A stretch of DNA of 64,000 bases from a virus (IMGVR_UViG_3300031673_000022:9496-73495); one strand, 5' to 3'. Shown: positions 1-10,196, counted from the stretch's first letter. Notes: generated from the sequence alone by a model not told the origin. A program made the numbers and translations.

Positions 1-444
1 TGGGTCCTCCACACGAACCTGACAGGCGAGAAGGCCAAGTCCACCGCGAAGAAGATCCGCGAGAAGGACCCAATCCTATTCGGCGCATTCTCCTACGAAG
101 AGGGGGGTCGCTTCTTCTACATCGACGACTGGGTCGACGAGTATTGCGACCTCACGTTCTCCGAGTTCACGCGGATGATGAAGGGCGTGGACAAGGACTA
201 CGAGCCGTCGGAGATGCGGGAGCCGACCGCCGATGAGGTGAAGGCCATCCTCGACGAGGTGAAGACGCACCACAGGAAGTGGCAGGACTCCTACAGACGT
301 GACTGGCGCAAGGTCGCGGATGAGGCTGAGAACATCGACCGCGCTCTGGGAGCGAAGCCGGAGCCGGAGGTGGTGGAGCCGGAGGTGCCAGATGTGATCG
401 AGGAGCCCGCGCCGGCCAAGAAGCCGTGGTGGAGGTTCTGGTGA
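1..444 (+). CDS. 5'-truncated conserved phage hypothetical protein
   Basis: Frame 1 is open from the window edge (WVLHTNLTGEKAKSTAKKIREKDPILFGAF...FFYIDDWVDEYCDLTF) into ORF 175..444 and ends in KKPWWRFW. Confidence 0.7.
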   Translation, partial: WVLHTNLTGEKAKSTAKKIREKDPILFGAFSYEEGGRFFYIDDWVDEYCDLTFSEFTRMMKGVDKDYEPSEMREPTADEVKAILDEVKTHHRKWQDSYRRDWRKVADEAENIDRALGAKPEPEVVEPEVPDVIEEPAPAKKPWWRFW

Positions 445-454
445 AGGCGCTGTC

Positions 455-883
455 CTAGGGCTCTTGCGAGGGAGGTTCTGTCTCCCCCTTCAGAGGCTCT
501 GAGCGCCTCCCTGACGCGCGCCGCTTGGTGTCGAGCATCGCGGCAAGGGGAGCGGGGAGAAAGCTCCTGAGCGTCTTCTGAGAGTGTCCTGCGACGAAGC
601 CGCACAGGACCCCTAGCATGACCTTCTGACCCAAGGACAAGCTGGAGTCGATCCATGGTCCGGGGATGAACACGTAGCAGAACGTGCATGCCCAGATCGG
701 GTACACCGGCAGTAGCCGGTGAGGCATCTTCTGCCACAGCGGAGCCTCGGGCGGTTGCTTGGCAACGGCTTCAGGGAACACTTCGCCGAAGACCTTGATG
801 CCGGCGACCACGCATACCATGAGCACGACGTTCCAGGCGTTGAACGTCTGGTTGTACAGATGCAGGATCTCGTCAGTGCTCAT
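455..883 (-). CDS. small multi-pass membrane protein (holin-like)
   Basis: Two or three hydrophobic segments (VVLMVCVVAGIKVF; VYPIWACTFCYVFI; VMLGVLCGFVAG) and a basic C-terminus. Confidence 0.5.
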   Translation of the reverse strand: MSTDEILHLYNQTFNAWNVVLMVCVVAGIKVFGEVFPEAVAKQPPEAPLWQKMPHRLLPVYPIWACTFCYVFIPGPWIDSSLSLGQKVMLGVLCGFVAGHSQKTLRSFLPAPLAAMLDTKRRASGRRSEPLKGETEPPSQEP

Positions 884-900
884 CTAGGTGGACTTCAGCT

Positions 901-3531
901 TCATGAGCTTGGGATGTTGCGTAGCACGGATAGAATCTTCGCCTTTGCAACACGTCCTTCCCACAGCTCGAAGGCAGTCGCGCCTGCTACCAAACCAGCA
1001 CGCCAAACATCAACGTCCGACAGAGGCTCGACTTCGTAGACGTATGGCACGCCGCCTACAGACCCCCAGTGAGCCGCGCGTGCTGCGTTCGATGTAATGC
1101 TCACAGCGTTGCCAGACTGTTTGTAGTTCTTCTTTGTCTGAGGCGTCAGCACTGTTCCCACAGTCAACTTGTGTGGGCTGCCGTGGTAGAGCTTGCCTCC
1201 ATGCAAATCACCCAGGCGGAAGTCTTTGCCCATGACGTGGACTTCTTGTGCCCGCCAATCGAAGCTGGACTTGATCAACCCTGCTTGCCTTGTCATCTGC
1301 AACTCGCCCTTAGGGTTGAGCACCTTGACGGCAGCCGTCAAGGCTCCGTCTGATGCGCGCTGCTGCGTCACGGGATCCAGATCGGCTTGCTGGCGCGGGA
1401 GATGTCTGCCGTGGGGTCCGCCGGGTCCTCGACGCTGGATTATCGAATCGTCCAACACGATCAAGTCGTGCTTGTTACCAAACAATGGCTTCTTAATCGC
1501 CTTATATCCAAGCTTCTTAATTCCCGTGTTGTCGTTACCAAAGAGATAAATTCTGGCGTTCTCGCCATTCATTAACACGGACTTCTCGCCATGCTTCTTA
1601 ATCAAGTCATCGACCCACGACGCGGATGAAAAGTCACGGAGGTCGAAAGTTTCCCCATAGTCCCATACCTTGATTCGGGACAGGTCTATCGCTACTTCCG
1701 TTATGTGTGCTGCACGGTCCTTACCCGATGTGTCGCGTTTTCCATACATCTCGGCGCGTTTAAGATCGCTGGTTAGATAAATACCTTTTCCGTCTACGCC
1801 GTCACCGGGCCGCAAGCGATCATATCTTTTCGCGCCGCCGTGATAATACGTCGTTCGACTAGACTTGATCAACCCTGCCTGGACCGACGCCGCCGCCTTC
1901 TGTCCTTCGCTAAACAACTCCGTCAACTCGGTGACGAAGATGTCCAGCCCGTGACCACGCCAACTGGAAGTCCACCGCTTAGAGGTCATGCCGTACCGGG
2001 AGGACAGCCCCGTGAGCTTACTTGGGTTTGAATAGGAAAGGTCTACGTAAACCTCGCCATCAGTCGGTTCCGCGACCAACGTGAAGGCTGCATACTTCTC
2101 CCCGTCCTTGACGACGACCTCTGCTTGCAGCTTCTTGCTTCGGCCATTGCCAGCCACACGCGGCCCCTTCACCGTCACGGAGCCCAGCGCTTTCAAGGCA
2201 GAAGCAAGCTCCGTCGCGGCTTGCTTGACGTCGCGGAACCCAGATCCCTTCTTCTGGTTCAGGTCTACCCGGTCAAGCACTACGACTGCTTTTGGGTTCA
2301 AGACAAGGAGCTGAACCTCAGCGTTGTGAATCGATCCAGTGTCGTCGAACACGGCATCGTACCCGAGCTTTCGGAGCGCCTTGTTCCAAGCTCCGGGCTT
2401 GCCCATGAAGCGCTGAACCAAGTCCTCCCAGACCAGATCGATTGCTTTCTCGGGCTGGCTGGACAAGATATCTTCTGCGGAATGCATCTTCGGGTCGCCT
2501 CCCAATGCCTGCGAAAGCTCCAACGCCTGTGCGCTCGTGAGCGTAGCGAGGTCGAGTACCTTCGCAGAAGGCTTCAGCTTGACGACGTACTGGTACCGCA
2601 GCTTCTCCCACATGGCAGAGCGGTCGTTGAAGCGCTCGGGAAACAGATAGATCCCTGCCGGATCTTGATGGTGCTGCTTGACGTTGACCTTCAACATCTC
2701 GAAATCGGAGAAGTGGAACCAGTTGCCACGCCAGTCAGACAGCTTCGCCGCGAGCTTGTGCATCTTGCTCATCGAACTGCCGGTCGCCTTCGCCGGGGGC
2801 CAGTCCTGCTCGCGCACAAGCATGAGCTTAGCTAGAGGCACACGCTGCTTCTGGTTGTCACCCTTCGTCGAGATATGCCACGCAGACCGAGTTGCAGTAG
2901 CGGGGCTGACGTAAGGTCCATACCAAGTAAAGTCACTTGCGACAATGACCATCTCGGTGTCGTCTTCCCACGCATCGGTGTCGCCTAGGTCGGCCCAGGG
3001 CTGTACGGGGATGCGCTTGCCCATGTACTTGATGATGCGCTGCTTCGGGAGCAGCTTGTTCTTCATCTTCTTGGCAAGCTCTACCAAGTCAGGCAGGCCA
3101 GGGAAGTCAGGAAGCGAAAGCTCCGGGGCGAGGGTGATCTGCGCAGCTTCCAGCGCCAATGCAGCGCGTTGGATGAGGATGGCTTCCGTCTCGCCATCCT
3201 CGTCATCGTCGATGTATTCCTCGACCTCGACGGGCTCAAGGACCATCTCCTCGTCGAGCAGTGCCGCCAGGTCACTGAGCGCGCTGAGCGCTCCGCACAG
3301 GGACACATCGCTCATGTTGCCCCAAGGAAAACGCTCGACGTAACTCAGCGCCTTCTTCCGCCGTGCATCATCTTGCATGGTCTGGCTCGATTGCTCGAAC
3401 TTCCATGCAATCTGGTCCATGAGGTGCTGCTTAGCCGCCGGGTCCGCAACATCGATACCCGTCACCACGTCCCCGAAGCCCAGGGAACGGAGAACCTTCC
3501 TCAGTCCATCAATGGTGGTTGGTACCCGCAT
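901..3531 (-). CDS. 876-aa polyprotein with three ADP-ribosyltransferase-like domains
   Basis: Motif sets NWFHFSD..GIYLFP..GYDAVFD, YYHGG..GKGIYLTSD..GYKAI and LYHGSPH..AVSITSN..VYEVEP (the last Arr-like). QAGLIKSS occurs twice at domain starts. Confidence 0.65.
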   Translation of the reverse strand: MRVPTTIDGLRKVLRSLGFGDVVTGIDVADPAAKQHLMDQIAWKFEQSSQTMQDDARRKKALSYVERFPWGNMSDVSLCGALSALSDLAALLDEEMVLEPVEVEEYIDDDEDGETEAILIQRAALALEAAQITLAPELSLPDFPGLPDLVELAKKMKNKLLPKQRIIKYMGKRIPVQPWADLGDTDAWEDDTEMVIVASDFTWYGPYVSPATATRSAWHISTKGDNQKQRVPLAKLMLVREQDWPPAKATGSSMSKMHKLAAKLSDWRGNWFHFSDFEMLKVNVKQHHQDPAGIYLFPERFNDRSAMWEKLRYQYVVKLKPSAKVLDLATLTSAQALELSQALGGDPKMHSAEDILSSQPEKAIDLVWEDLVQRFMGKPGAWNKALRKLGYDAVFDDTGSIHNAEVQLLVLNPKAVVVLDRVDLNQKKGSGFRDVKQAATELASALKALGSVTVKGPRVAGNGRSKKLQAEVVVKDGEKYAAFTLVAEPTDGEVYVDLSYSNPSKLTGLSSRYGMTSKRWTSSWRGHGLDIFVTELTELFSEGQKAAASVQAGLIKSSRTTYYHGGAKRYDRLRPGDGVDGKGIYLTSDLKRAEMYGKRDTSGKDRAAHITEVAIDLSRIKVWDYGETFDLRDFSSASWVDDLIKKHGEKSVLMNGENARIYLFGNDNTGIKKLGYKAIKKPLFGNKHDLIVLDDSIIQRRGPGGPHGRHLPRQQADLDPVTQQRASDGALTAAVKVLNPKGELQMTRQAGLIKSSFDWRAQEVHVMGKDFRLGDLHGGKLYHGSPHKLTVGTVLTPQTKKNYKQSGNAVSITSNAARAAHWGSVGGVPYVYEVEPLSDVDVWRAGLVAGATAFELWEGRVAKAKILSVLRNIPSS
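1268..1878. repeat. 17-bp direct repeat GACTTGATCAACCCTGC at 1268-1284 and 1862-1878
   Basis: Read directly. On the minus strand it encodes the AGLIKS core of the repeated QAGLIKSS, once in front of each of the last two ART domains. Confidence 0.85.
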
Positions 3532-3537
3532 GTGTCC

Positions 3538-4275
3538 TCAGTGAACGATGGCGTCGGCTTCTGAAGACTTGCTTCCAGACATCAAGGACGGCTCGGTACT
3601 GTCCACACCCTGATCCAAAGCGCGCATACGGGCCTTGGCCTCAAGCTCAACCTTGTAGTATTCGCAAAGAGACTTGAGGCTCTCGTTGAGGCTGTCGCGC
3701 AACACTGCCGAAATCCGGCTGAGGCTCGACTTCAACTGCGAGTCGATGAACGCCTTGTGGTTACGGTCAACCAAGGGATCCAACTGGGTGCGAAGGGAAC
3801 GAAGTTCCTCGGCAGCGGCAGCCAACATTTGCCTGCTGAGGGAGTTTAGCACCTTGTCCACGATGAACTCGACCGTGACCTCGGGGTCTGTCTGCCCTTC
3901 GATGTCTTCGGCGAGCGCGCGCCACTGAGTCAGTAGCTGGGTGTACGCCGTAGAATTCTGCATCGTCGGGTTTCCCATGTACTCCTGATTGGCAGTAGAC
4001 AAGGCATCCGTGATGCTCTTGAACTCCTGGAAGCGCTGGTCTTGGATCTCAAGATCCAGCATGCACTCCTTGAGGTGGTAGCGCAGCGAGTGGGGTGCGA
4101 TCCCTACCCGATGTGACACGCTGTCGAAGCGGGAGTCACGCGCCTTCGGCACCTCGCCAGACGCTTTTACCTCGGCCAGAAGGGGAGCGAGCGCCACGTT
4201 GATCTCGTCAACCTTGGCGGGAGTGCAACCCACACACACGGGGCACTTGCGGGATTTCTTCTTGGAGAAGGCCAC
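3538..4275 (-). CDS. Zn-finger/HTH protein, possibly terminase small subunit-like
   Basis: CPVC..C near the N-terminus, an HTH-like VSHRVGIAPHSLRYHLKEC, then a helical coiled region. Confidence 0.4.
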   Translation of the reverse strand: MAFSKKKSRKCPVCVGCTPAKVDEINVALAPLLAEVKASGEVPKARDSRFDSVSHRVGIAPHSLRYHLKECMLDLEIQDQRFQEFKSITDALSTANQEYMGNPTMQNSTAYTQLLTQWRALAEDIEGQTDPEVTVEFIVDKVLNSLSRQMLAAAAEELRSLRTQLDPLVDRNHKAFIDSQLKSSLSRISAVLRDSLNESLKSLCEYYKVELEAKARMRALDQGVDSTEPSLMSGSKSSEADAIVH

Positions 4276-4655
4276 TACGGGTGGTTCTTCCCGAGGATCT
4301 GCATAAGCTCGTCCAGACGACGGGCCATCTCGGTGATGGTCCCTTCGATCCGTCCAAGAGACTGACGCAGAGCTTCCACAGATTCGACCGATGCCTTCTC
4401 ACGAAGACGGTGGTTCAAGTTCTCCAACTGAGAAGCACGAGCCACATCTAGCTTCTCAAGCTCCGTCACCTTGTCAGCAAGTTTTTCGCGAAGGTGTGCC
4501 TTCTCACGGAACTCTTTGGCTAGTTCGTCATGACGACGCTCCAGGTCGACACGGGCCTGCCTCTCCTGACCAACGCGGATGAGAACCGAGGCCAACGCGA
4601 CGAGGCCAACGCAGATGCTCACGATTGATAGGATGGTGGAGAGGTTCATGTCCAT
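4275..4655 (-). CDS. N-terminal TM plus coiled-coil protein
   Basis: Hydrophobic ILSIVSICVGLVALASVLI followed by a heptad-rich region. Confidence 0.6.
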   Translation of the reverse strand: MDMNLSTILSIVSICVGLVALASVLIRVGQERQARVDLERRHDELAKEFREKAHLREKLADKVTELEKLDVARASQLENLNHRLREKASVESVEALRQSLGRIEGTITEMARRLDELMQILGKNHP

Positions 4656-4696
4656 GGTTTCCTCAGTACGGAGGCCAGTGCTGGCTCAGAGTGCGA

Positions 4697-5194
4697 TCAT
4701 CCCCAGCGCGAGGAAGGCATATCGATCACGTCTGGCGTTTCTCCCACGTCGATCACATCGAATACGTCGCGGAGCGCCTGGCCGATCGTCTCTGCCATAC
4801 GGGGGTTAACTCGCTTGACCTTCAACGCCTCCTCAAAGGCGAGCACGACTTCGTGTGCTGTGACGTGGCCCTGCTTGATGACGCGGAGGAGCGCCTTGAG
4901 GTTTGGCTTGGTGGCCATAGCGCGCAGGATCTGCTGACGGTGAGCAGCGGTCACACGCGCCGACCCGCTGAGACGACCCTTCGGGATCTCCTTCAGGCCC
5001 GACGACTTCCGCTTGGGGACTACCTTCTTCGCTGTCTTCTTCTTCTTGACAGGGGCCTTCTTCTTGGAAGCCTTCTTCGCCGTCTTCTTCTTCTTGGAAG
5101 CCTTCTTCTTGGACTTCTTCTTCTTCTTCTTCTTCTTCGCGGCGGCGGAGAGAAGGGAGTCAACCTCAGACAGTGCTTCGACGATGTTCTTCAT
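4697..5194 (-). CDS. Lys/Ala-rich histone H1-like basic protein
   Basis: KKKKKKKKSKKKASKKKKTAKKASKKKAPVKKKKTAKK tract after a short helical leader. Confidence 0.65.
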   Translation of the reverse strand: MKNIVEALSEVDSLLSAAAKKKKKKKKSKKKASKKKKTAKKASKKKAPVKKKKTAKKVVPKRKSSGLKEIPKGRLSGSARVTAAHRQQILRAMATKPNLKALLRVIKQGHVTAHEVVLAFEEALKVKRVNPRMAETIGQALRDVFDVIDVGETPDVIDMPSSRWG

Positions 5195-5209
5195 AGCGGA
5201 CCTCTGTTG

Positions 5210-6199
5210 TTAGAGAATGTCGTCGATGACAGCATCTCTGAAAATCAATGGGGTAGGGGCGTCATCCGAACCTTCGTACCAGCCAGGGATACTCGCGGCC
5301 CAGTCTTCGATCCCGGCGATATCCGTGCGATGACAGACGATCATGGGGTCCTTGTTACGGATGATCGGGAGTAACTGGTTCGGCAAGTCGTGGGCGATGC
5401 GCGCGTCATCCCACCAGCCCTGCTGTTGGCTGTTGTAATCGACCTCGACAACCGAGAGTAGCGACACGACGTGGCGAACAATGGCTGTGGTGTTGACGCA
5501 GGCAGCCCACTGGCCCTGGACACCAGACACCACCATCGTATCAGCCAGGGTTCCCGATTTCTCGTCAGAGACTTCCCACAGGACACCGGACTCTCGGAGG
5601 GAAGACGCGCAGCGGTCGACAGCGCCCGGAACCTTACGCGCAGCTTCTACCAGCTTACGCAAGTCTGAAGGATTCAGATGGGCAGTGATCGGGCCTGGGG
5701 TCTCGTAGCGCATGAACACGAGGTCGGTCTCGACGTCGACATCACCCCAGTTCTTCGCCTCGTACTGAGCCACGAAAGCACGCATGATGTCTGTCTGCGA
5801 TAGGTTGTTCTCGGTACATGCCTTCAAGCACCGTTCGTAGGTCTGGGTCGCGGTGGTCGGATCGAGTTGGATGGTACCCGATCCCTTGCGCGTCTCCTGA
5901 ATCATCTGCTTGGAGAGCAGGAACCGGAGAAGCTCCTCCAAGCGGGTAATCACGCGCGCCCTGAAGCTCTGTGGGTCGCTTTCCTCGAACTGCTTGGCCT
6001 GGGCGGCGGCGGCGAACAAGAACTCGCGTAGCGCCCTCTCAGCAGGCGCTGCGGCTACCGTGTCCGGGCGGTCGGCGTTTCGGTTGCGGGGAGCAACGTC
6101 GTCAGTCGAAAGACGTACAAGGGCCTTCTCCGCCGAACGGAGAGCCCGTTGAGCGGAGCGGAGGGTCTCCAGTACGTCGTCCCGCTCCTGCGCGTCCAC
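5210..6199 (-). CDS. hypothetical protein (329 aa)
   Basis: Long ORF collinear with neighbours, with a leader-like LETLRSAQRALRSA. Confidence 0.65.
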   Translation of the reverse strand: MDAQERDDVLETLRSAQRALRSAEKALVRLSTDDVAPRNRNADRPDTVAAAPAERALREFLFAAAAQAKQFEESDPQSFRARVITRLEELLRFLLSKQMIQETRKGSGTIQLDPTTATQTYERCLKACTENNLSQTDIMRAFVAQYEAKNWGDVDVETDLVFMRYETPGPITAHLNPSDLRKLVEAARKVPGAVDRCASSLRESGVLWEVSDEKSGTLADTMVVSGVQGQWAACVNTTAIVRHVVSLLSVVEVDYNSQQQGWWDDARIAHDLPNQLLPIIRNKDPMIVCHRTDIAGIEDWAASIPGWYEGSDDAPTPLIFRDAVIDDIL

Positions 6200-6287
6200 T
6201 GTCTTCCCCGTCAGTCGTCGTGGCGGTGGGTTAGTACCGAGTTACTGGCTGGCCCTTGTACGCGAGCCTTCGCTATCGAGGAAGGGT

Positions 6288-6794
6288 CTAGTAGCCCATC
6301 GCGGCGGCCTGTTGGCTGGCCTTAATGAGGACGCCCATCGCCTTTGCGGCGAGGGTCGCGGAGTCCAGCAAGACGCCCCAGTTGTTCCCTTCCTCGCCGT
6401 ACCAGATGCGGATTCGTCCACCATCCTTCTTGGGAAGCGCGAAGTGAAGCTCTCCCATTTCCAACGTCACGTGCCCACTGCGGGTCCGCTCGTCGTAACG
6501 GACATCTTCCCCGCTTTTGAGTAGAGGCTCAAAGAATGGGGCGAGTGCCTCTTCCGCTTCCGGCGTGTCGCGAAGCGACGTTCTGCTGGCCTTGAGCGGC
6601 TTGCCGTCCTTGAAGGAGGCTTCCACGACGTCGTCGTAGTCGTCGACGAGCGCAGCCGCACTCGACTCGTAGAGGGTCTGCTCGGTCAGGTCGAGACCGC
6701 GACGACCGGCGGCCTTCACCTTCGCAGGCGGGTCGAGCTTGTCAGCAGCAGCGCGGAGAGAAGCGACGGTCTTAGCGCGGGTCTTCGAGTTCAT
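6288..6794 (-). CDS. leader-bearing hypothetical protein (putative internal virion protein)
   Basis: Starts MNSKTRAKTVASLRAAADKLDPPAKVKAAG. Confidence 0.7.
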   Translation of the reverse strand: MNSKTRAKTVASLRAAADKLDPPAKVKAAGRRGLDLTEQTLYESSAAALVDDYDDVVEASFKDGKPLKASRTSLRDTPEAEEALAPFFEPLLKSGEDVRYDERTRSGHVTLEMGELHFALPKKDGGRIRIWYGEEGNNWGVLLDSATLAAKAMGVLIKASQQAAAMGY

Positions 6795-6799
6795 TCGTG

Positions 6800-8620
6800 T
6801 CATCCGATCTTGGCAGCGTTCTGGACAGCTTTTGCAGCCGAGGCCAGACGATTTTTCTCGTTCTCCAGACGCGAGGCGAGCCCCTTCACCTGGAGGTCCA
6901 TTTCTACGAACTGCTGCTCCAACGCAACCGACGCCGCGAGCAGCGCTTCCATCGTCTCGACCGTCGCCATGAGCGGCGGGAGCATGGTGTCGATGTTGGA
7001 GCGCATGTTGTCGATCTCAGCCTGCGCCATCACGGCTTCCTCGGACTTCGAGGGAGCGGAGTCGAGGCGCATCTGAGCTTGGTCGAGACGACCGGAAAGC
7101 TCAGACAGCGACTTCACGGCGGCGACGGCGCCCTTCACTTCCGGGAACCCCTCGGCTCCCGTACCCGTGATCATCTCTTCGAGCAGGTTGGCAGCGGTGA
7201 TCAGCTTCGTCAGCGACGAGCGACGACGCTTGTCACCAGTCTTGTCGCCAACATCCTTGGCCGCAGAGATCGCCTTCACGAGGTTCTTGGGGGCGCGGCT
7301 TCCTGCCGTCACCTTCTCGGCCCCATTCATCTTGCCACCCATGAATTCATGAAAGCTACCCTCATCAAAGGAGCCTCCACTTTCATCCAGGTACTCTTCC
7401 ATCATCTCGGCTTCTTCATCAGACAGCGGAGCAGTGAAAAGCTCAACCAGCGCGTCCTTGACCTCGTTCGGAACCTCTGAGTCAGCGGCCCACAGGACGC
7501 GAGCCTTGACCGCCTTTCGAGAGGCCCAGCTTCCAATGGCATCAAGCGCAGAGGCCCCTGCCATACCTGCCAAAGACGACAAGCCAAACAAGGCACCAGC
7601 CGCGCCGATAGCGCCCTTGCTGAGTGCGTTCAGCTTGACGGAAGTGGAGTACGCCCGCATGGACATGGCCAACTTTGTTGCTGCCGGCTTATCGATGTCG
7701 GTAGTTACCTTGTCGGAAACCTTCAACGAATCCAAAAGCTCCTTCTCCGTGCCTGTAAGGGCAGCTACCGCCATGGTTGTGAGGGCGGCAACCGCTGGAG
7801 CAATCCCTTTCGCTTCGAGGGTTCGGTCAGACAAGGCGTCACTCAATGACGAAGCCGTCTTGTCAATGGCACTGAAAAAGGACTTCTTCAGCTTCTTCAG
7901 CATACCTCCCTTTTTCCCATCAGCGGCTTCCTCATCCTTTTCGCCGTAGATGTAGGGCTCACCGTCCTTTGGCTTCACCATCAACTTACGGCTGCGGATC
8001 GAGAGCTTCGCAGGTGAACTACCCACGTTGATCATGGAGGAGTGTTTATTGTCCTTCTCAGGACCCTTCTGCCAGTGGAACGTAGCGCGTCCAACGTAGT
8101 TGCCGCCCTTCGTCTTCTCCGGCTGCGAGGTGACCTCGACCCAAACCTTGTCTCCGTACCTGTCACCACGCTTCTCCGCAGCGCGCTCCATCTTGGTTTG
8201 GTCGGACTTCGACATCTTGGCCGCACGGACCTTGAACGCCGACCCGGCGATGGCGTTCTTGGGGGCGTTCTTCTTGATGGCCCGTTGGACGATCTGGCCT
8301 GACCTACTGCCTGTGTCGTTGAGGACGATCTTACCGCCCTTCCACTCGGCGATATTCTTGCCGCCCATCCAGTTGCCGTCCAAGCGCTTGCCATCGGTCG
8401 TGAGCTTCTTGCTCTCGGCGGCCTTCTTGGAGGTGAAGGCGTCGATGACTTGCTTGTCGCTCTTGCCGAGCTTCACGTCAGCCTTGACGGTTGTGCCGCC
8501 CTTGATCATCCGCTTCGCGCGCTCTACCTCAGTAAGAGCCGAGTCCGTCTTCGACGTGATGAGGGCAGCGCGGGCGCCGAGGACGCGATCAAGGGCTGCT
8601 TTTGCGTTGGTCTTCATCAT
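6800..8620 (-). CDS. 606-aa multi-segment protein with C-terminal coiled coil (putative internal head protein)
   Basis: VKA, VRAA, VKAR and VTAG linkers. One segment is paralogous to the N-terminus of 30089..31726. Confidence 0.7.
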   Translation of the reverse strand: MMKTNAKAALDRVLGARAALITSKTDSALTEVERAKRMIKGGTTVKADVKLGKSDKQVIDAFTSKKAAESKKLTTDGKRLDGNWMGGKNIAEWKGGKIVLNDTGSRSGQIVQRAIKKNAPKNAIAGSAFKVRAAKMSKSDQTKMERAAEKRGDRYGDKVWVEVTSQPEKTKGGNYVGRATFHWQKGPEKDNKHSSMINVGSSPAKLSIRSRKLMVKPKDGEPYIYGEKDEEAADGKKGGMLKKLKKSFFSAIDKTASSLSDALSDRTLEAKGIAPAVAALTTMAVAALTGTEKELLDSLKVSDKVTTDIDKPAATKLAMSMRAYSTSVKLNALSKGAIGAAGALFGLSSLAGMAGASALDAIGSWASRKAVKARVLWAADSEVPNEVKDALVELFTAPLSDEEAEMMEEYLDESGGSFDEGSFHEFMGGKMNGAEKVTAGSRAPKNLVKAISAAKDVGDKTGDKRRRSSLTKLITAANLLEEMITGTGAEGFPEVKGAVAAVKSLSELSGRLDQAQMRLDSAPSKSEEAVMAQAEIDNMRSNIDTMLPPLMATVETMEALLAASVALEQQFVEMDLQVKGLASRLENEKNRLASAAKAVQNAAKIG

Positions 8621-9162
8621 CCGTACCTGCGCGCGAGGGTGTACTCCACGAAGTGGCCTGAGCCCTGCTTCGCGAGAAGCTCCTTCGCGTAGTCATGCAT
8701 GAAATCTTCGACGTTGGCTGCTGTGAGCTTGTAGGGCTCGATGGCAGTCAGGGTGTGGGCTTTGAGGCGCTGACGCGCCGTACTGGCCTCGACCTCTGCT
8801 GTCTGTGTCGCTTCTGTCTGGTTGTCCGCACCGAACACCTGGGCCAACACCTTCCAGCCCCCAGCATCCTGCGCGACCGACCACACGCGGAAGTGGCCAC
8901 GACCGAGCATCGTGGCGAACATCCGCACTTCCGTAGGAACCGCAACAGCACCGAAGTACCACCCGAGGTGATGAGGAGCAGGAAGCGGATTCGGTACGTG
9001 GTCGATACGCATGTTCGGTGTCACGCGCTCGATAGCCGAGAACGTTGCACGGACCAAGCGGTCGGTCACTTTACCTTCGGCCTTGCCCCAGGAGAGAGCG
9101 AGGTCGAAGGCACCGATGCTCTCACGAAGAGCTTCGCTGTGACGCCCGGGAGCGTTCTTCAC
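8617..9162 (-). CDS. hypothetical protein
   Basis: Its stop overlaps the start of the downstream gene (ATGA coupling). Confidence 0.6.
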   Translation of the reverse strand: MKNAPGRHSEALRESIGAFDLALSWGKAEGKVTDRLVRATFSAIERVTPNMRIDHVPNPLPAPHHLGWYFGAVAVPTEVRMFATMLGRGHFRVWSVAQDAGGWKVLAQVFGADNQTEATQTAEVEASTARQRLKAHTLTAIEPYKLTAANVEDFMHDYAKELLAKQGSGHFVEYTLARRYG

Positions 9163-9275
9163 GAGCCCGATGACACCGGAGAGCAGCGCGCAGTCCAGAG
9201 GAGTCGCGTCACGCTCCTCAAGAACCGCCTTACGCGGCTTCCGCCTTTTCGCTGACGAACGTCCAGAGCCGGCGG

Positions 9276-10196
9276 CTACTTGGACGTCTTGACGAAAGGG
9301 CGAGCAGACCCCGAGACACGAGCCGAGCCTGTGACCGTCGAGATCGGCTTGATGGGCTCCTCACCCGGAGGCGGACGGTTGTCAGTGACCGGGAGGGTCG
9401 AGGACGGCGAGATGATCTCGGTCATCTTCGGGTTACCCGGATAGACGAGCGCGTGGTAGCGCCGCATTACGTCGTCGGTCTCCTTCATCGCTGCCGGGCT
9501 CTTCTCGACCACGTATGTGATCGCTGCCGGGTCCACGGTGAAGGTGCCGCCGCCGCCGAGGCTCGTGATCTTCACGCCGGCTGCGCCGGAAGTGCTGACC
9601 TTGCCACGGTGAATCTGGCCGTTGTGGTAGAAGTCCACCACGTCGCCAAGGTCCACGCTCGCGAAGCCGCCTGAGACCACCGGGATGGCCGCCGCTGACG
9701 CCAGTGTCACATGCTTGCGACCCGAAGCGCCGCCACGAAGGGCATCGCGACGAACGCTGAGCATCTCCTCGATCGAGGTCGACTCCTTGCGGACGATGTA
9801 GTCCGGGCCGTCCTCGGCAGAGACCACTTCCCAAAGCTGGTTACCAGCGTCGAGGAACTGGCCCATGCCTGCCTTGAGCATGGTTGTGGACGCGCTGAGC
9901 GGCTGCCGGAGTCGCTTCTGCTCGACCACAAAAGTGAGAAAGTGTCCGTCGGGGTAAACCGACGTGGTGTCTGCACGCGCCTGGACGTTGCCACCGAAGG
10001 CACCCATGCGTGAGGTGAGCCAGGACTGGACATCCCAGATCGAAGGCACACCGAACAGCGTGGAGTATGTGGCCAGCACCCGAGCAGCGGTACCACTCTC
10101 GATGACTTTGACATCGTGAAGCTCCAGGTCAGAGCGAGCAACGTCACCCTTGGCCTTCAGCTTCGCCTGCATACGCTCGCGAAAGTTGTCCTTCAT
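9276..10196 (-). CDS. hypothetical protein, possibly virion/head-associated
   Basis: 306-aa ORF with a good RBS (AAGGA) and strongly biased codons. Confidence 0.6.
   Translation of the reverse strand: MKDNFRERMQAKLKAKGDVARSDLELHDVKVIESGTAARVLATYSTLFGVPSIWDVQSWLTSRMGAFGGNVQARADTTSVYPDGHFLTFVVEQKRLRQPLSASTTMLKAGMGQFLDAGNQLWEVVSAEDGPDYIVRKESTSIEEMLSVRRDALRGGASGRKHVTLASAAAIPVVSGGFASVDLGDVVDFYHNGQIHRGKVSTSGAAGVKITSLGGGGTFTVDPAAITYVVEKSPAAMKETDDVMRRYHALVYPGNPKMTEIISPSSTLPVTDNRPPPGEEPIKPISTVTGSARVSGSARPFVKTSK

Noticed and set aside
5030-5140. (CTT)n runs as a microsatellite or contingency locus (likewise GAA runs near 44270-44370)
   Set aside because: They simply encode poly-Lys and poly-Glu tracts within proteins.
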